Under the pieces are notes generated by a model that saw only the letters and a program-made list of their open reading frames with translations, did no database searches and was not told the DNA's origin. A stretch of 62,889 nt of DNA, filler included, from Octopus bimaculoides (lineage: Eukaryota): the NCBI RefSeq assembly GCF_001194135.2. It is 5 parts of 5 records of this genome, joined end to end, with 100 filler letters (N's around TTAATTAATTAA, not from the genome) between each part and the next. Parts side by side here need not be neighbours in the genome. Positions count along the whole stretch, not along the records: positions 15,646 to 30,903 come from NC_068992.1; positions 31,004 to 34,443 come from NC_068986.1; positions 34,544 to 60,470 come from NC_069004.1; 2 more parts are not named here. One strand, given 5' to 3'. The translations under genes and the position numbers were made by a program. Positions 28,468 through 40,879 of the stretch are shown piece after piece; within the stretch, counting starts at the first letter, position 1, and each line of letters begins with the position of its first letter.

Positions 28468-28658
28468 TAATTTTACCTATAAAGGTTATTTTAACGTATC
28501 GAGCTACTTGGTAAAATTATTAATTAATTGATTGATTAATTAATTAATTGATTAATTAATTAATTTTACCCTTTTATTATTAATTTCATTTGTTATATAT
28601 ATATATATATATATATAGCATATCCTTCTGAAAAGCAACCACGCTGAGACAAATGTAC

Positions 28659-28719
<61 letters not shown>

Positions 28720-29074
28720 TCGAATAAGTTGACATGCGTAAGAAAGGCATTCAACACATTTCTAGGGAGTTATATGTATGGATGAACAGTTTGATTCAAA
28801 CTCATACGATTCAAGCGTGTCGCTAGTCTTAGGCATTTGGAGCCTGAATGTATGTTTCTGTGTGCGTGTGTGTGCGCGACATGTGTGTGTATGTGTGTTT
28901 GTGTGTGTGTACGTATGTGCGCATAAGTTGATGTGTGAATGTATATTTATGCACACATACACACTCGTATAAGTACGGATGCATATACTCAGATACATGA
29001 ACGTATATCTGTGGATATATGCATGTACACATTTATACGTATATACTCCCACAACTACTTCCCGTACCACTTCC

Positions 29075-29260
29075 ACTGAACCACGTCACCGGCATCCCGT
29101 CCACCACGTGGTAGATTTCCTGCTTACCATGCGGTATTTTCCAAGTAATTGTTGGCATTGAAATACCAACATCAAACTGCGACAACACGTGACATGTCTC
29201 GACCAATAGCAGCCTAACCCTAACCCAGCCTCATAGTTCCGGGTTCCGTATAAACACATA
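29075..29260 (-). promoter_or_regulatory. Candidate promoter / first-exon region
   Basis: Local CpG enrichment; CCACGTCA (29081), CCACGTGG (29104), CACGTGAC (about 29186), a CCAAT box and an ETS-like CCGGAA; minus-strand ATG|GTAAGC donor at 29129/29128. Confidence 0.3.
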
Positions 29261-30323
29261 ATGCTAAAAATAGGATTATCGGATGAAAAGCGTCTCTAGC
29301 GATATTTCTGTGCGTTTTACCGTTGTGCGTCGCGAGAAGATGCATTCTCAAGACGAATGCTGTTGTACCGGGGGTTTCTTACAGTTTATACGCGTTAAAT
29401 ATGATATATGAAGCACTTTTCTGAATTAATACTACTTCTGCCGCTAGTAAACGAATTCCTATTTATTCTCAAACCAATTTACACAAATTCCATAATCTAT
29501 AGTTAACTACAAATTGTCACAAAAGAATGCACGACATGAATAATTGAAATTAAATTTTCTTTCTAAATGTACATTTGATATAAACCAAATATTTATATAT
29601 ACCAATTCTATGAATCATGGATGCCCTTCCAGTGATATATTTCATTAATTAAATAGGATCTGATATTCACAAGATTTATGAGTTTCGATAAAATTCACGA
29701 CTTTATAATTAGAATAGAGAAAAATTAACAATCCGCTTCATATGAGTATTCTCAAGTAACATTGATGTACATGCATGCGCATATATCTATACTTCCATAC
29801 ACACCATCACACACCCATATCTATGAGAATGTGAAATTATACATATGTGCAAACACACAGACACAAGCATACATAAATATGCTATTTAAGGAAACTGTAA
29901 TTATGTACAAAGACGAATAAATTTTCCAAAGTAAACACTGAAATACATCGCAGAAACAGATTCATTAGCATCAGGAAATATACCAGAATCGAAGTTAAAA
30001 TAAAGCTCGGTAAATTAATTTCCGTTCGAAACGTAGAAATGTAATTTGACCGTATCCACTAAGCAACTGGAGAGTTTAGTACGGATTATACTTATGGCAC
30101 TGTAAAGACAAATGAAGAATATAGCACTCTCTTACCTGTAATCAACGAAATCAACACACCTACTTATAGGTCATTAAATGATGCGATAGTAACAACATCG
30201 AATATATACCAATGACCTATAATTTTCTGGCATCGGATCAGCTGCAGGAACTGTTCAGAAATAGAAAAATTTGGCACCGTAGCTTGGTGAATATGGAAAA
30301 TCTTTCCATTAACATGCCGAGAA

Positions 30324-30361
<38 letters not shown>

Positions 30362-30454
30362 GAGAGAGAGAGAGAGAGAGACAGAGAAAGAGAGAGAGAG
30401 AGAGATATGCATACATACATATTTATACATATATATACCTATACATATATATAT

Positions 30455-30493
<39 letters not shown>

Positions 30494-30670
30494 NNNNNNN
30501 NNNNNNNNNNNNNNNNNNNNNNNNNNNNNNNNNNNNNNNNNNNNNNNNNNNNNNNNNNNNNNNNNNNNNNNNNNNNNNNNNNNNNNNNNNNNNNNNNNNN
30601 NNNNNNNNNNNNNNNNNNNNNNNNNNNNNNNNNNNNNTATATATATGCATATATATTATATGTATATTTT

Positions 30671-30903
30671 CATTTCATTTCATTTCAAAGTTTCAGCTCA
30701 GAGCTGCGGCCAAGCTGATGCACCACCGTGTTGCTACACTGTTATTACAGGGAGCCTCTTACAATATGTGGCACTTGGAGAAGAATGGAGTTTGATTTAG
30801 CAACTCTCATTTGCACCTCCTGCCGCGAGGTAGGTTCATCTGGGACTCTCGATAGGAAGAGGTCCAGCTTTGATTTAAAAACTCCTACATCTACTTTGTG
30901 CAG
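30671..30903 (-). mobile_element. 3' end of a CR1-clade LINE with intact ORF2 C-terminus, 3' UTR stem-loop and (AAATG)n tail
   Basis: 30903-30745 reads LHKVDVGVFKSKLDLFLSRVPDEPTSRQEVQMRVAKSNSILLQVPHIVRGSL* without interruption, then a short UTR, the stem cagctc-t-gagctg and an (AAATG)3 tail. The 5' part is lost in the gap. Confidence 0.8.
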
Positions 30904-31844
30904 NNNNNNNNNNNNNNNNNNNNNNNNNNNNNNNNNNNNNNNNNNNNTTAATTAATTAANNNNNNNNNNNNNNNNNNNNNNNNNNNNNNNNNNNNNNNNN
31001 NNNTATATATATATATATTTCTGTATACATGAATAGATGTATGTGCGTATATGTGTTGATGTGTGCCGGGATTTAGTCCTTTTGAAATATTACGCTCTGT
31101 TCTGACACATACTTGTATTCAAATCATTTCCCAGGTTTAAGTTTGCTCGGAATAAGCTATCCTTTATCTGTGAACTATTTGTTTCCATTTGTGTTTAATT
31201 TGCTTTTCCTTTTGTTATCTTTGTCCAGCCCCCACAAGATAACGGAATAAAAGAATATATTTACTATATCCAGTGGGACGACTCTGAGTAACTGTAATAT
31301 CTATTATCAACGTGTCTGAGATGGAAGAATGTGCCTATAACCCACGGGAGGTGTTTTGCAATCACTACGTTTGAGGTTATGAAATAAGATTGACGCAGTT
31401 ATTATGAATCTTCAGAAGTTGGTGTTATTGTGTTTGGTTTGGAGAGGGAAGAAAAGTCTTCTACGAGGTAATGTTCCGCATAAAGAAAAGCGGCATGAAA
31501 TGACTTCTGGTTTCGACTATCAAATAATATCTGTTTTTCATACATCAATTGTTAGCTCGCTCGTTCGATATATCATTTCAGAGACACTAGTAATGGCCGA
31601 AGAAAAGTAACGCACTCCTCGAAGCAAATATTTTAAATATTACCGAGAAGATTCGAACAATTAGAAATTAATAAGAATAAGAATAAGAATTAGAATTAAT
31701 TTTATTTTACAATTGGATATGATGATCGATATTTCATATAATTCACGACAAAAGAATTTACACTTGAAGCAGAATCCATCTAATACATATAACGATCTTA
31801 CTTTAATCACTAAACTTGTTTGAGGTGGTGTTTCTATCACCCAT

Positions 31845-32148
31845 GGTCGTCGTCGTCGTCATCATAATTATCGCCGTCGTTGTCGATGTGATGCTCGTCA
31901 TTGTCATCGTCATCATCGTCATCTTCATCATCATCGTCATCATCGTCATCATCATCATCATCGTAACCGTCGTCGTCATCGTCGTAGTCAACGTGGTCAT
32001 TATCATCGTCGTCGTCATCGCCATCATTGTCACCTTTGTGGTACTCGGCGTTGTCATCATCATCATCATCATCGTCATCATCATCATCATCATCATCATC
32101 ATCGTCGTCGTCGTCGTCGTTTTCGTCCTCGTCGTCATCATAATCATT
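31845..32148. repeat. (CAT/CGT)n compound repeat
   Basis: Visible; source of the poly-Asp, poly-Met and poly-Ile ORFs. Confidence 0.95.
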
Positions 32149-32519
32149 CACGTTCTGTTTTCTCAATATGGCAACTAGTCATCATTAGTACGATCGGTCG
32201 ACTGTTAAATAAAAAAAAATAAAAAAACAAGTGATCTCACTGGATTCTCTATGAGTGGCAATCAAATCTCCACAACATCACACTGTAATATTCTGACGAA
32301 AAAAAACAAAAAAAACAAACAAAACAGAAACAATGAAGNNNNNNNNNNNNNNNNNNNNNNNNNNNNNNNNNAAAAAAACAAACAAAACAAAAACAATGAA
32401 GCCCCCCCCCCCATAGGACAATGTAAGTTCTAAATGAGAAAGTTTCGGTTGTATTGCTTTTGATCATGAAGCTACTCGTTCATTGCTGACCAAGGGTTAA
32501 AAAACAACAGCTATAAATG

Positions 32520-32970
32520 TCTCCTAAACTTTGGCAGAAGGCAAGCAAAGGATGGGAAAGTCGACTCCCTCGAACCTAGAGCTTGACTGGTAATTATTTT
32601 ATCGACCCCGAAAGGGTGAATTGCAAAGCCGGTCACGGTGGAATTTGAACTTGGGGCGCAAAGTCAGACGAAATGCAACTCAGAATTCTGCCCGGCGTGC
32701 TAATGATTCTGCCAACCCATTGCTTTAACAACATAACTAATAATGGTTTCAAATTTTCTCACAAGGCCAGCAATATCGGCTGAGTGTATATATCGATTAC
32801 ATTGACTTCGGTGATCAAGTGGTACTTATTTTAGCGACCCGAAGAGGTCGATAAGAAAAGTCAACCTCGGCAGAATTTGGAGTAAGAACATAAAGACAGA
32901 CAAAATGCCTCTAAGCATTTTGACCTGCGTGAATTAAAATTCTGCCACATGACTGCCTTAACAACATAAT
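32520..32970 (-). mobile_element. Two SINE family B units in tandem
   Basis: Reverse-strand copies: tttatcgaccccgaaaggg..gaatttgaac..cccggcgtgctaatgattctgcc. Confidence 0.7.
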
Positions 32971-33425
32971 TAATTATGTAGTGGGAAATACAACCATTAT
33001 GCCAATTATAGATTGACGTGGATGATGACCATTCATAGAAGAGAAATGTTAGTACACATAATCAACGAGGAGCTCTATCATCGATGAGGTACTCTTTCAT
33101 CAATGAAGGGATCGATAAGCCACACCTCAGCGAATGGCTGGTACTTATGTTAATGACTATGGAATTATTTATCTCAGATTTTAAATCTGAATAAAAAATC
33201 TATTCTCAGCTAATTTCTTAGAACTTCTTATATATTCGTATGCCACCTCTGTACGGTCGTATCTTATACTTTCCCACAATTCCAAAGTTTATAAAGTTCA
33301 GGAACTCTCTTTATATTGATTGTGCTGTTGTTTAATACCGGGAACTCAAACAGATATATGAGCGAAGACACTCCAGCTGTTGTGTCCTGCTGTGTTTTGT
33401 CCTTTCAACAAGGATTCGTTCAGAA

Positions 33426-33811
33426 TTGTTGTTGGCACTCCGTCGCTTACAACGACGAGGGTTGCAGTTGATCCGATCAACGGAACAGCCTGCTCGTGAA
33501 ATGAACGTGCAAGTGGCTGAGCACTCCACAGACACGTGTACCCTTAACGTAGTTCTCGGGGATATTCAGCGTGACACAGTGTGACAAGGCTGACCCTTTG
33601 AATTACAAGCACAACAGAAACAGGACGTAAGAGTGAGAGAAAGTTGTGGTGAAAGAGTACAGCAGGGTTCGCCACCATCCCCTGCCGGAGCCTCGTGGAG
33701 CTTTAGGCGTATTCGCTCAATAAACACTCACAACGCCCGGTGTGGGAATCGAAACCGCGCACCTATGACTGCCAGTTCGCTGCCCTAACCACTGGGCCAT
33801 TGCGCCTCCAC
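33426..33811 (-). mobile_element. tRNA-derived SINE family C, full length
   Basis: Minus-strand head gtggaggcgcaatggcccagtggttagggcagcg..ggtttcgattccc (A and B boxes). About 170 nt of tail shared with 55072-55243. (AAC)n end. Confidence 0.8.
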
Positions 33812-33919
33812 AATAACAATAAACAAACAACATTCTGAATATCATCCAGAAGATTCAAACGTCAGAATCCTGTCGTTGTTGCTCGTTTGACATTATGGAA
33901 CGTTTCTCTCTTTTTAGAT

Positions 33920-34135
33920 CAGTGGTTCTCAACCATTTTTCACTCACGGACCCTTTTTATTGCTATTTTACTTGGATGGACTCTTATAACCATTCCATGT
34001 TTTAAAAATCCTATTATATTTTTAGAATTAAATATCATTAGGAATGGCTGAAATATTTTGTACGATGTAGAAGTATAACCAGTTTATTGCACATAAACTT
34101 TATCAACGAAATCGTATAGGGACCCGGATTGTATC
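33920..34135 (+). mobile_element. hAT-type MITE fragment
   Basis: Begins CAGTGGTTCTCAACC (hAT/Charlie-like TIR). The body is shared with 8339-8490. Confidence 0.6.
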
Positions 34136-34147
34136 CTTGCTTTAAAC

Positions 34148-34215
34148 CAGTGCTCCGCAACCGGTCTGCCGCAGCAGACTGGTGTTTCCCGAGACGATAG
34201 TAGGTGTGCTGCAGT
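34148..34215 (+). mobile_element. Terminus of a second hAT-like element
   Basis: cagtgctccgcaaccggtctgccgcagcagactggtg resembles CAGTG..CAACC hAT ends. Confidence 0.4.
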
Positions 34216-34242
34216 GTAACTTTAATATGATTTTTCCCCTAT

Positions 34243-34443
34243 AAGCACAGGTATTGCTGTGTGGTAAGTAGCTTGCTTACCAACCACATGGTTCTGGTTT
34301 CACTCCCACTGCGTGGCACCTTGGGAAAGTGTCTTCTACTGTATCCTTGGGCCGACCAAAGCCTTGTGAGTGGATTTGATAGACTCAAACTGAAAAAAGC
34401 CCGTCGTATATATGTATATATATGTGTGTGTGTGTGTGTGTGT
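34243..34443 (+). mobile_element. SINE family A 5' half (runs into gap)
   Basis: Head and CORE-like domain match 54295 onward. Confidence 0.8.
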
Positions 34444-34543
34444 NNNNNNNNNNNNNNNNNNNNNNNNNNNNNNNNNNNNNNNNNNNNTTAATTAATTAAN
34501 NNNNNNNNNNNNNNNNNNNNNNNNNNNNNNNNNNNNNNNNNNN

Positions 34544-34619
<76 letters not shown>

Positions 34620-35383
34620 GTATATATATGCACTCGTGTACAAACATAACGCACATAAATTGATACATGAACACATTTATGGGTATGTGTCTATAAGCGT
34701 AAGCACATGTATATCTGTGTGTATGGAATACGGTATGTTGGATAATGTTTATATGTTTATACAACAAATATAGTTAAACATTCTAAGCTAATAAACATTT
34801 AAATATCATAAGCCTGCGGATATTTCTATTATAATACATGCATCTATCTATGTATCTATGTATACAAACATATTTACACGCAGACACACACACATATATA
34901 TATGAACAACGAGCGAGAAAGAGAGAGAGAGAATGGAGGTACAGTTCGTTATAGAATTCTATGGCAATAGCAGTGTACTAGAAACATAAAACATCAATAT
35001 CATCATATGTAAAAATATTGTGAAGTTGCCTTTAAAACATTTCATACAAGTTCATAACAAAATGGCCGACCAATACAAGTTTGCTCGGGTCTGAATTTTA
35101 CCTCTTGTTCTTAAATATGTTTCTATTTACCTTTTGTATCATGCTCCATCATGTGGAAAGAAACTTAAGACACAATCTATTACACAACATACAAAGTTAT
35201 ACATATTACCTTTATTATTCATAAGATCTATAATAAATATTTTATTTTATGTTTTCTGCTNNNNNNNNNNNNNNNNNNNNNNNNNNNNNNNNNNNNNNNN
35301 NNNNNNNNNNNNNNNNNNNNNNNNNNNNNNNNNNNNNNNNNNNNNNNNNNNNNNNNNNNNNNNNNNNNNNNNNNNNNNNNNNN

Positions 35384-35454
<71 letters not shown>

Positions 35455-35544
35455 CTCTTTTTTAATTTAGAGTAAAATTTGACCGGCCACCGACTTACTA
35501 GTAAGATTGAGAAAGAAGGTATTTTGAGTTAACCGTAATCCTTA

Positions 35545-35765
35545 AAAATCATATGAAGGTCTTGCAAATTTCCGTAGTCCCAGATATCGTGATCATTAGT
35601 AGCTTATGAACTAAGGGTTTGCATTCTCTCCCCGAGATTCCAATATCAGCTATACTTTGCTCCAGACGGGTTGGTATGTTTCTTGTTGCTCCAATAATAA
35701 TAGCTAAGAAGCTGAAAGCGCATCTTGAGCACTGGATTTGCAAACTCCTTATTAATAGTCCACAG
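35545..35765 (-). mobile_element. C-terminal end of an RLE-type retrotransposon ORF (R4/Dong-like)
   Basis: GLLIRSLQIQ..FSFLAIIIGATRNIPTRLEQSIADIGIS..ISGTTEICKTFI*. Aligns without gaps to the fragment at 60596-60760. Confidence 0.65.
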
Positions 35766-36360
35766 ATGTTCTCTTTCTCGTTTTTTTTCCAACCACTATG
35801 TATGTATGTATGTGTGTGTGTGTGTGTGTGCGTATGTATGTATTATAAGCCATTTAATCTTTTAGCGCTATTTGGATTGTTGCAATGCTGTGACATCGGC
35901 TTCCAGCAGTTAGTGAAGCATATAAGCCCCAATATTTGTCATCGTTCTTACTGTTTTAAACATGTTTAATACAAGAAGAAACACCATCTTGTAGAAATAT
36001 ATACTGTTTCTATTCATAAAATCTCACTCAAGCCATTAATCAATACAAGGACTCATAGAAAATACTTGCCGGGTGTGGTACGCCGCGTGATCTCACCTAG
36101 AACCACGTGATTATTGATCTTTCTTTTCGTCTGTTTTTTTTTCTCCTCCTGTTTTATTTATTTATGTTTTGTTAGATTCCACAGTTCAAATGAGTATTTT
36201 CTATACTTTGTTTACTGGGACTGTAGGTTCCCGGACTATTCTCTGATATCGATTTCAAATTTTGGCAGAAGACCTGCAATTTCGAAGGAGGGATAAAGTC
36301 GATTATCAACTGGGACTTATCTATCGACCCCGAAAGTTTGTATCATTCTCTATATGCCCA

Positions 36361-36470
36361 AGGTGCCATTGCGTGGCAGCTTCGGCAAGTGTCCTAAACT
36401 ATTGCCTCGGGCCGGCCGATGCCTTGTGAATGAATTTGGTTAATAGAAACTTTGTGAAAGCCCATTAGGG
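36361..36470 (+). mobile_element. SINE family A CORE fragment
   Basis: gcgtggcagcttcggcaagtgtcc..gggccggccgatgccttgtgaatgaatttgg. Confidence 0.6.
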
Positions 36471-36639
36471 AGAGAGATAGAGAGAGAGAGAGGATGATGC
36501 AAACAAACAAAACTCCTTCGGTATGAAATATAATATATACAATAGAAACTCCAGTTGTCAAGGGGTTGGGGTGCTAAAAAAAACAAACACAAAGATACAC
36601 TTTCGCATACAGACAAATACATGCATATGTAGATGCATA

Positions 36640-36679
<40 letters not shown>

Positions 36680-36874
36680 TGTGTATGTGTGTGTGTATGT
36701 GTGTGTGTGTGTACGTGTATATGTACGTTGAGATAAAGCAAAGATTGAAAATTTTCAGATAATGAATATTCATGTATAAATTATAAATATATAGATATTT
36801 ATATATTAACAAAATAAACTTATGCAGGGTTTAAAGACACAGAAAATTAAAGGGGAGACGATATGGTGTTACAA

Positions 36875-36918
36875 GTCCGACAGCTGTTTCTGGGGGCTCG
36901 GTGTTACCTCATAACGTT
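36875..36918 (-). ncRNA. Degenerate hammerhead remnant
   Basis: The minus strand reads GAAAC-AGCT-GTC (palindromic stem III plus GUC site, 36890-36879). The upstream CTGATGA box has decayed to gttatga and stem II is poor. Confidence 0.3.
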
Positions 36919-37237
36919 GACAGATGAAGTTCACCAAAGTAAGCAACCCGTAACGGAAGCAAATAAACATTGGTTAGATCCGGCCTCCGTCTTCAGGATG
37001 GAGAGATACAAACCTAACATTTCAGATTTATGATGCATGTATACATGTATATATATTTTGTATATCACACCCAAGCAGTTTTGTTTATTTGCACCATTTT
37101 CTCCATATCTGCTCACATGGATTCTTCATACAGCCACCCTCGGATTTGGTCCTCGGTAAAGGTTTCGGAGTGTAAGTTCAAGTCATTTGAGCGCTACTAA
37201 ATATTCTCCATACTGAGTATTTCTGGATCTCATTTGT

Positions 37238-37314
<77 letters not shown>

Positions 37315-37315
<1 letters not shown>

Positions 37316-37570
37316 AGTGGTTAAGGTGTTGCACTCACGATTGCGAGATCGATGGTTCGATTCCCAGACCCGGTGTTGCGTTGTGCTTTGGGGAAAAGCA
37401 CTTCATTTCACGCTGCTCTGCGATTATTTCAACATCTCACATGCGGCAGGGACTGAGCTTATGTCTACACAAACATTCGATCACTATAAACAAATCATCT
37501 GTGTGGTTGCTCGGTAAGAAATTGTCAAAGCCTCATACGTTGTCTAACGACAGGAGAGTTCATCGTAGGT
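37315..37570 (+). mobile_element. tRNA-head plus CORE-like SINE with a third tail
   Basis: tagtggttaaggtgttgcactcacgattgcgagatcgatggttcgattccc..gcgttgtgctttggggaaaagcacttcatttcacg. Confidence 0.65.
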
Positions 37571-37571
37571 C

Positions 37572-37621
<50 letters not shown>

Positions 37622-37699
37622 AAGGTAGTTAGGTAGGCAGGTGGGATTTGGGTAGGTAGGTAGGTAGGTAGGTAGGTAGGTAGGTAGGTAGATGCACAT

Positions 37700-37960
37700 A
37701 AATATGCATCTACATATATATGTATGTGTCTGTATGCGAAAGTGTATCTTTATGTCTGTATTTGTCAACACCGCAGCCTCTTGACAACCGGAGTTGGTTT
37801 ATTTATGGCCTCCATTACCCAGCAGTTCGGTAAAATGCTTGAGAGAATAAAAACCGAACACAACAAAAAAGGAAACAGGTATGCGGTCAGATCTGTTCCT
37901 CTAAAAGGCGGTGCCCCAGCATAGCCGCAGTCCAATGACTGAAACATATATAAGCGAAGA
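37700..37960 (+). mobile_element. SINE family A 3' half
   Basis: cttgacaaccgg.. through ggcggtgccccagcatagccgcagtccaatgactgaaac. Confidence 0.7.
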
Positions 37961-38720
37961 GATAAATGACAAAGCATCAAGTTCATTGACTTTATGGAAG
38001 TCGAGGCGAGAGAATCACTAACCAGAAAAGGCATTAGTTGGTATTATAGAAAAATATAGAATTTATGCTTTAAAATAACTAATTGGAAGATGTTATCGTC
38101 TTAAAAGAAGATGATAGCATGATAGCAATAAAGAATATAGAATATATTCCTCGGTTCCCCATAACGGTGAGCTAATTTACATATTGGTGATAGCTTTGAC
38201 AAGCGATAAAGAAATAACTAATAGCATAGACAGCATGAATATTAACAATTCAATATACGGCGTTATATTTGTATGTTTAAAACATTATAATATCTTGCAG
38301 TGAAATGTACAGAGTGTCAGTTAGGAAAAGATATTTTATAAGGAACTTTTCAACGATTTTTATTTGTTAGTCAACTTTTCTTGAGGGAAATTTTATTTAT
38401 GCGAAGACTTAAGATATGAAGAGATGCTGCAAAAAGTTCCGATATTCATGCGGTGCCGTGCTACAGGAATCTTTAAATATATTCCTCTGAAGACTTCGAA
38501 TATATGAGTGGGGATGGGCAGAGATGAGCATGTGTTTTTTTGTTTGTGTGTCTGTGTGTGTGTGAATTCGTGTGCGTTTATTTCTGTGTGTTTCTGTGTA
38601 CGTTTGTATATGAAGGTTTAGAGATATATAAAAATGGATACGCTTATAAAAATACATTATATACAAAATACATGCATATATAATAGTATAGATAATCATA
38701 TATTAATGTGCGTATGAATG

Positions 38721-38760
<40 letters not shown>

Positions 38761-38770
38761 NNNNNNNNNN

Positions 38771-38816
<46 letters not shown>

Positions 38817-39119
38817 CGGATATATATCTATATGTACATATATATTCGATTGCATATATCTATATATGTGTATATTTCTGTATATATATATATATATATA
38901 TATGCATCTTTATATACTCTATATACATATCTCTGTATACATAGATGTATATTTAAATATATATATTTCGTATCTATGCACACACACATCTCTATATGTG
39001 TGTGTGCGCATGTGCGTGCGTGCGTACGTATTCGCGGACATTTATACATATATATCTATGTGCATATTTTTTATATATTTAATATTATATATATATGTGT
39101 GTTTGTGTGTTTGCGTGCA

Positions 39120-39161
<42 letters not shown>

Positions 39162-39227
39162 CGTGCGTGTGTGTACATGTATGCACACGACGAGAAATCG
39201 ATACACAGAGTGACTGACAGGTTTAGA

Positions 39228-39247
39228 TAGCTAGCTAGCTAGCTAGC

Positions 39248-39338
<91 letters not shown>

Positions 39339-39350
39339 CTAGACAGACAG
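39228..39350. repeat. (GCTA)(GATA)n(GACA)
   Basis: Visible. Confidence 0.95.
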
Positions 39351-39359
39351 ATCGCTAGA

Positions 39360-39745
39360 ACAAATTTTCGTGATGTATTTAAATCCATCCTAATAAAAAC
39401 CTTTATAAATATGTAAATACAAATATTTCTACGTTTCCATAGATTCACATGTACATAAACATGCAGCTGTATGATAGATATCAAGGCAGGAATGGAAGTA
39501 CATAATTGCATATTGGAGGAGATAGATGTCATTTGGTATGCATTTATGCATCAAGTCGTGGTTTAAACAGGAATATCCAAAGAATACAAGAGAACACTTG
39601 ACTGCGTCGGTTCTAAAATCAGGAAGACGCTATACTACAAAATTACTGTTATTTCCTCTCTTCTTCGGATCTTTCCTTCCGATTCTTATGGAGAATTTAA
39701 GAACTAACAGTCTTACTCTTGAAGAAATACTTGTGTATGTTTGTT
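39360..39745. repeat. Direct duplication, copy 1
   Basis: Similar to 43570-43958. Ungapped core 39495-39622 matches 43702-43829 at 121/128 positions. Confidence 0.85.
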
Positions 39746-39894
39746 TTAGCCCTTTAGAGCTTCGCCTTTGCCTTCAGAACCAGAAAAAAATGCTTCAAGA
39801 CTCACTACTTATAAACCCTTTAAATTTTCAGACAATAAACCACAATCAGGTGCTGATTTCGCAACTTTATCAGAACAGATCCATCGAAGTCATT

Positions 39895-40165
39895 TTTTTT
39901 TCAACCATCTTTTTACCGATGGCCCTAACCCCTTTGACTACTATTTTACGCTGATAGACCCCTAGAGCAATTTGATGTTTAATAACTCATTTCATAGAAA
40001 CGTCTTTCAAAACTCTGAACTGGTAGTCGGAAACATGTTAAATTATGTAAAACATTAGTGAAAGTAACGTAAATACATCTGAGACAAAATTCTTTCATGG
40101 ACCCTGTAGAATCCAATTTACTATTTTGATTTCATGGACCCCTAAAAGTCTCATATGGACTCCCG
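39895..40165 (+). mobile_element. hAT-type MITE, degenerate
   Basis: tcaaccatcttttt..cccctttgactactatttt..catggacccct blocks resemble 33920 and 8445. Confidence 0.4.
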
Positions 40166-40428
40166 AGTGTCATATGAGCCCAAGCTGTGAAACACTGAGC
40201 GAAGACAGCATGAGCTTCATCCAAAGAGTCCCGCACTGTCACAATCAACAGATGTCAAGACGCTTGGAGGCACAATCCAACACGTGTGCCTCATATATAT
40301 ATTGTATCCCTTCCCTCGAGCTTTCGCGATACACTTAAAGTCAGGAACTTTTTAGCATCCACCACACATATATGTTAGTGATTACCAATAGTAATATCAA
40401 ATTGTATGATTCTGCGTGTGTGACTGGT

Positions 40429-40464
<36 letters not shown>

Positions 40465-40470
40465 AATATG

Positions 40471-40747
40471 TGACGTTGACCACTAACGTGGACATTCAAT
40501 GTGCTAGAAATAGATCACATCTTGTGTCTAATAAGACCTAAATTGTTCTCAACATGAAATATAGCATGATACCAAAACGTAAGCGGTCCCTGTTTAATAA
40601 TGTTCCTTTTCGGTGATTTTAAATGTCTTGGCCGCTTACGTTTTGGTATCATGCTATATTTCATACTGAGAACAATTTAGGTCTTATTAGACACAAGATG
40701 TGATCTATTTCTAGCACATTGAATGTCCACGTTAGTGGTCAACGTCA
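40471..40747. repeat. Long hairpin (foldback) element next to (TA)n
   Basis: Arms 40471-40586 and 40632-40747 match at 114/116 positions; 45-nt spacer. Confidence 0.85.
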
Positions 40748-40879
40748 TATATAAAAATGTACTTTAATCCCGTGAGATTGCAGATACTGTTTCTGAATCT
40801 CTTTGATTCTTTAAATGTGCTAGCTTCCTGGTAATTAATCGATATTAATTAATATATGATTTCTTGCCATATTTTTTAA

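Noticed and set aside
29213-29227. Telomere-like (CCCTAA)2
   Set aside because: Only two units; too short to call an interstitial telomeric array.
33740-33811. tRNA genes at SINE heads (also 37315, 54930, 55600)
   Set aside because: A and B boxes are present, but there is no complete cloverleaf and each continues into a SINE body.
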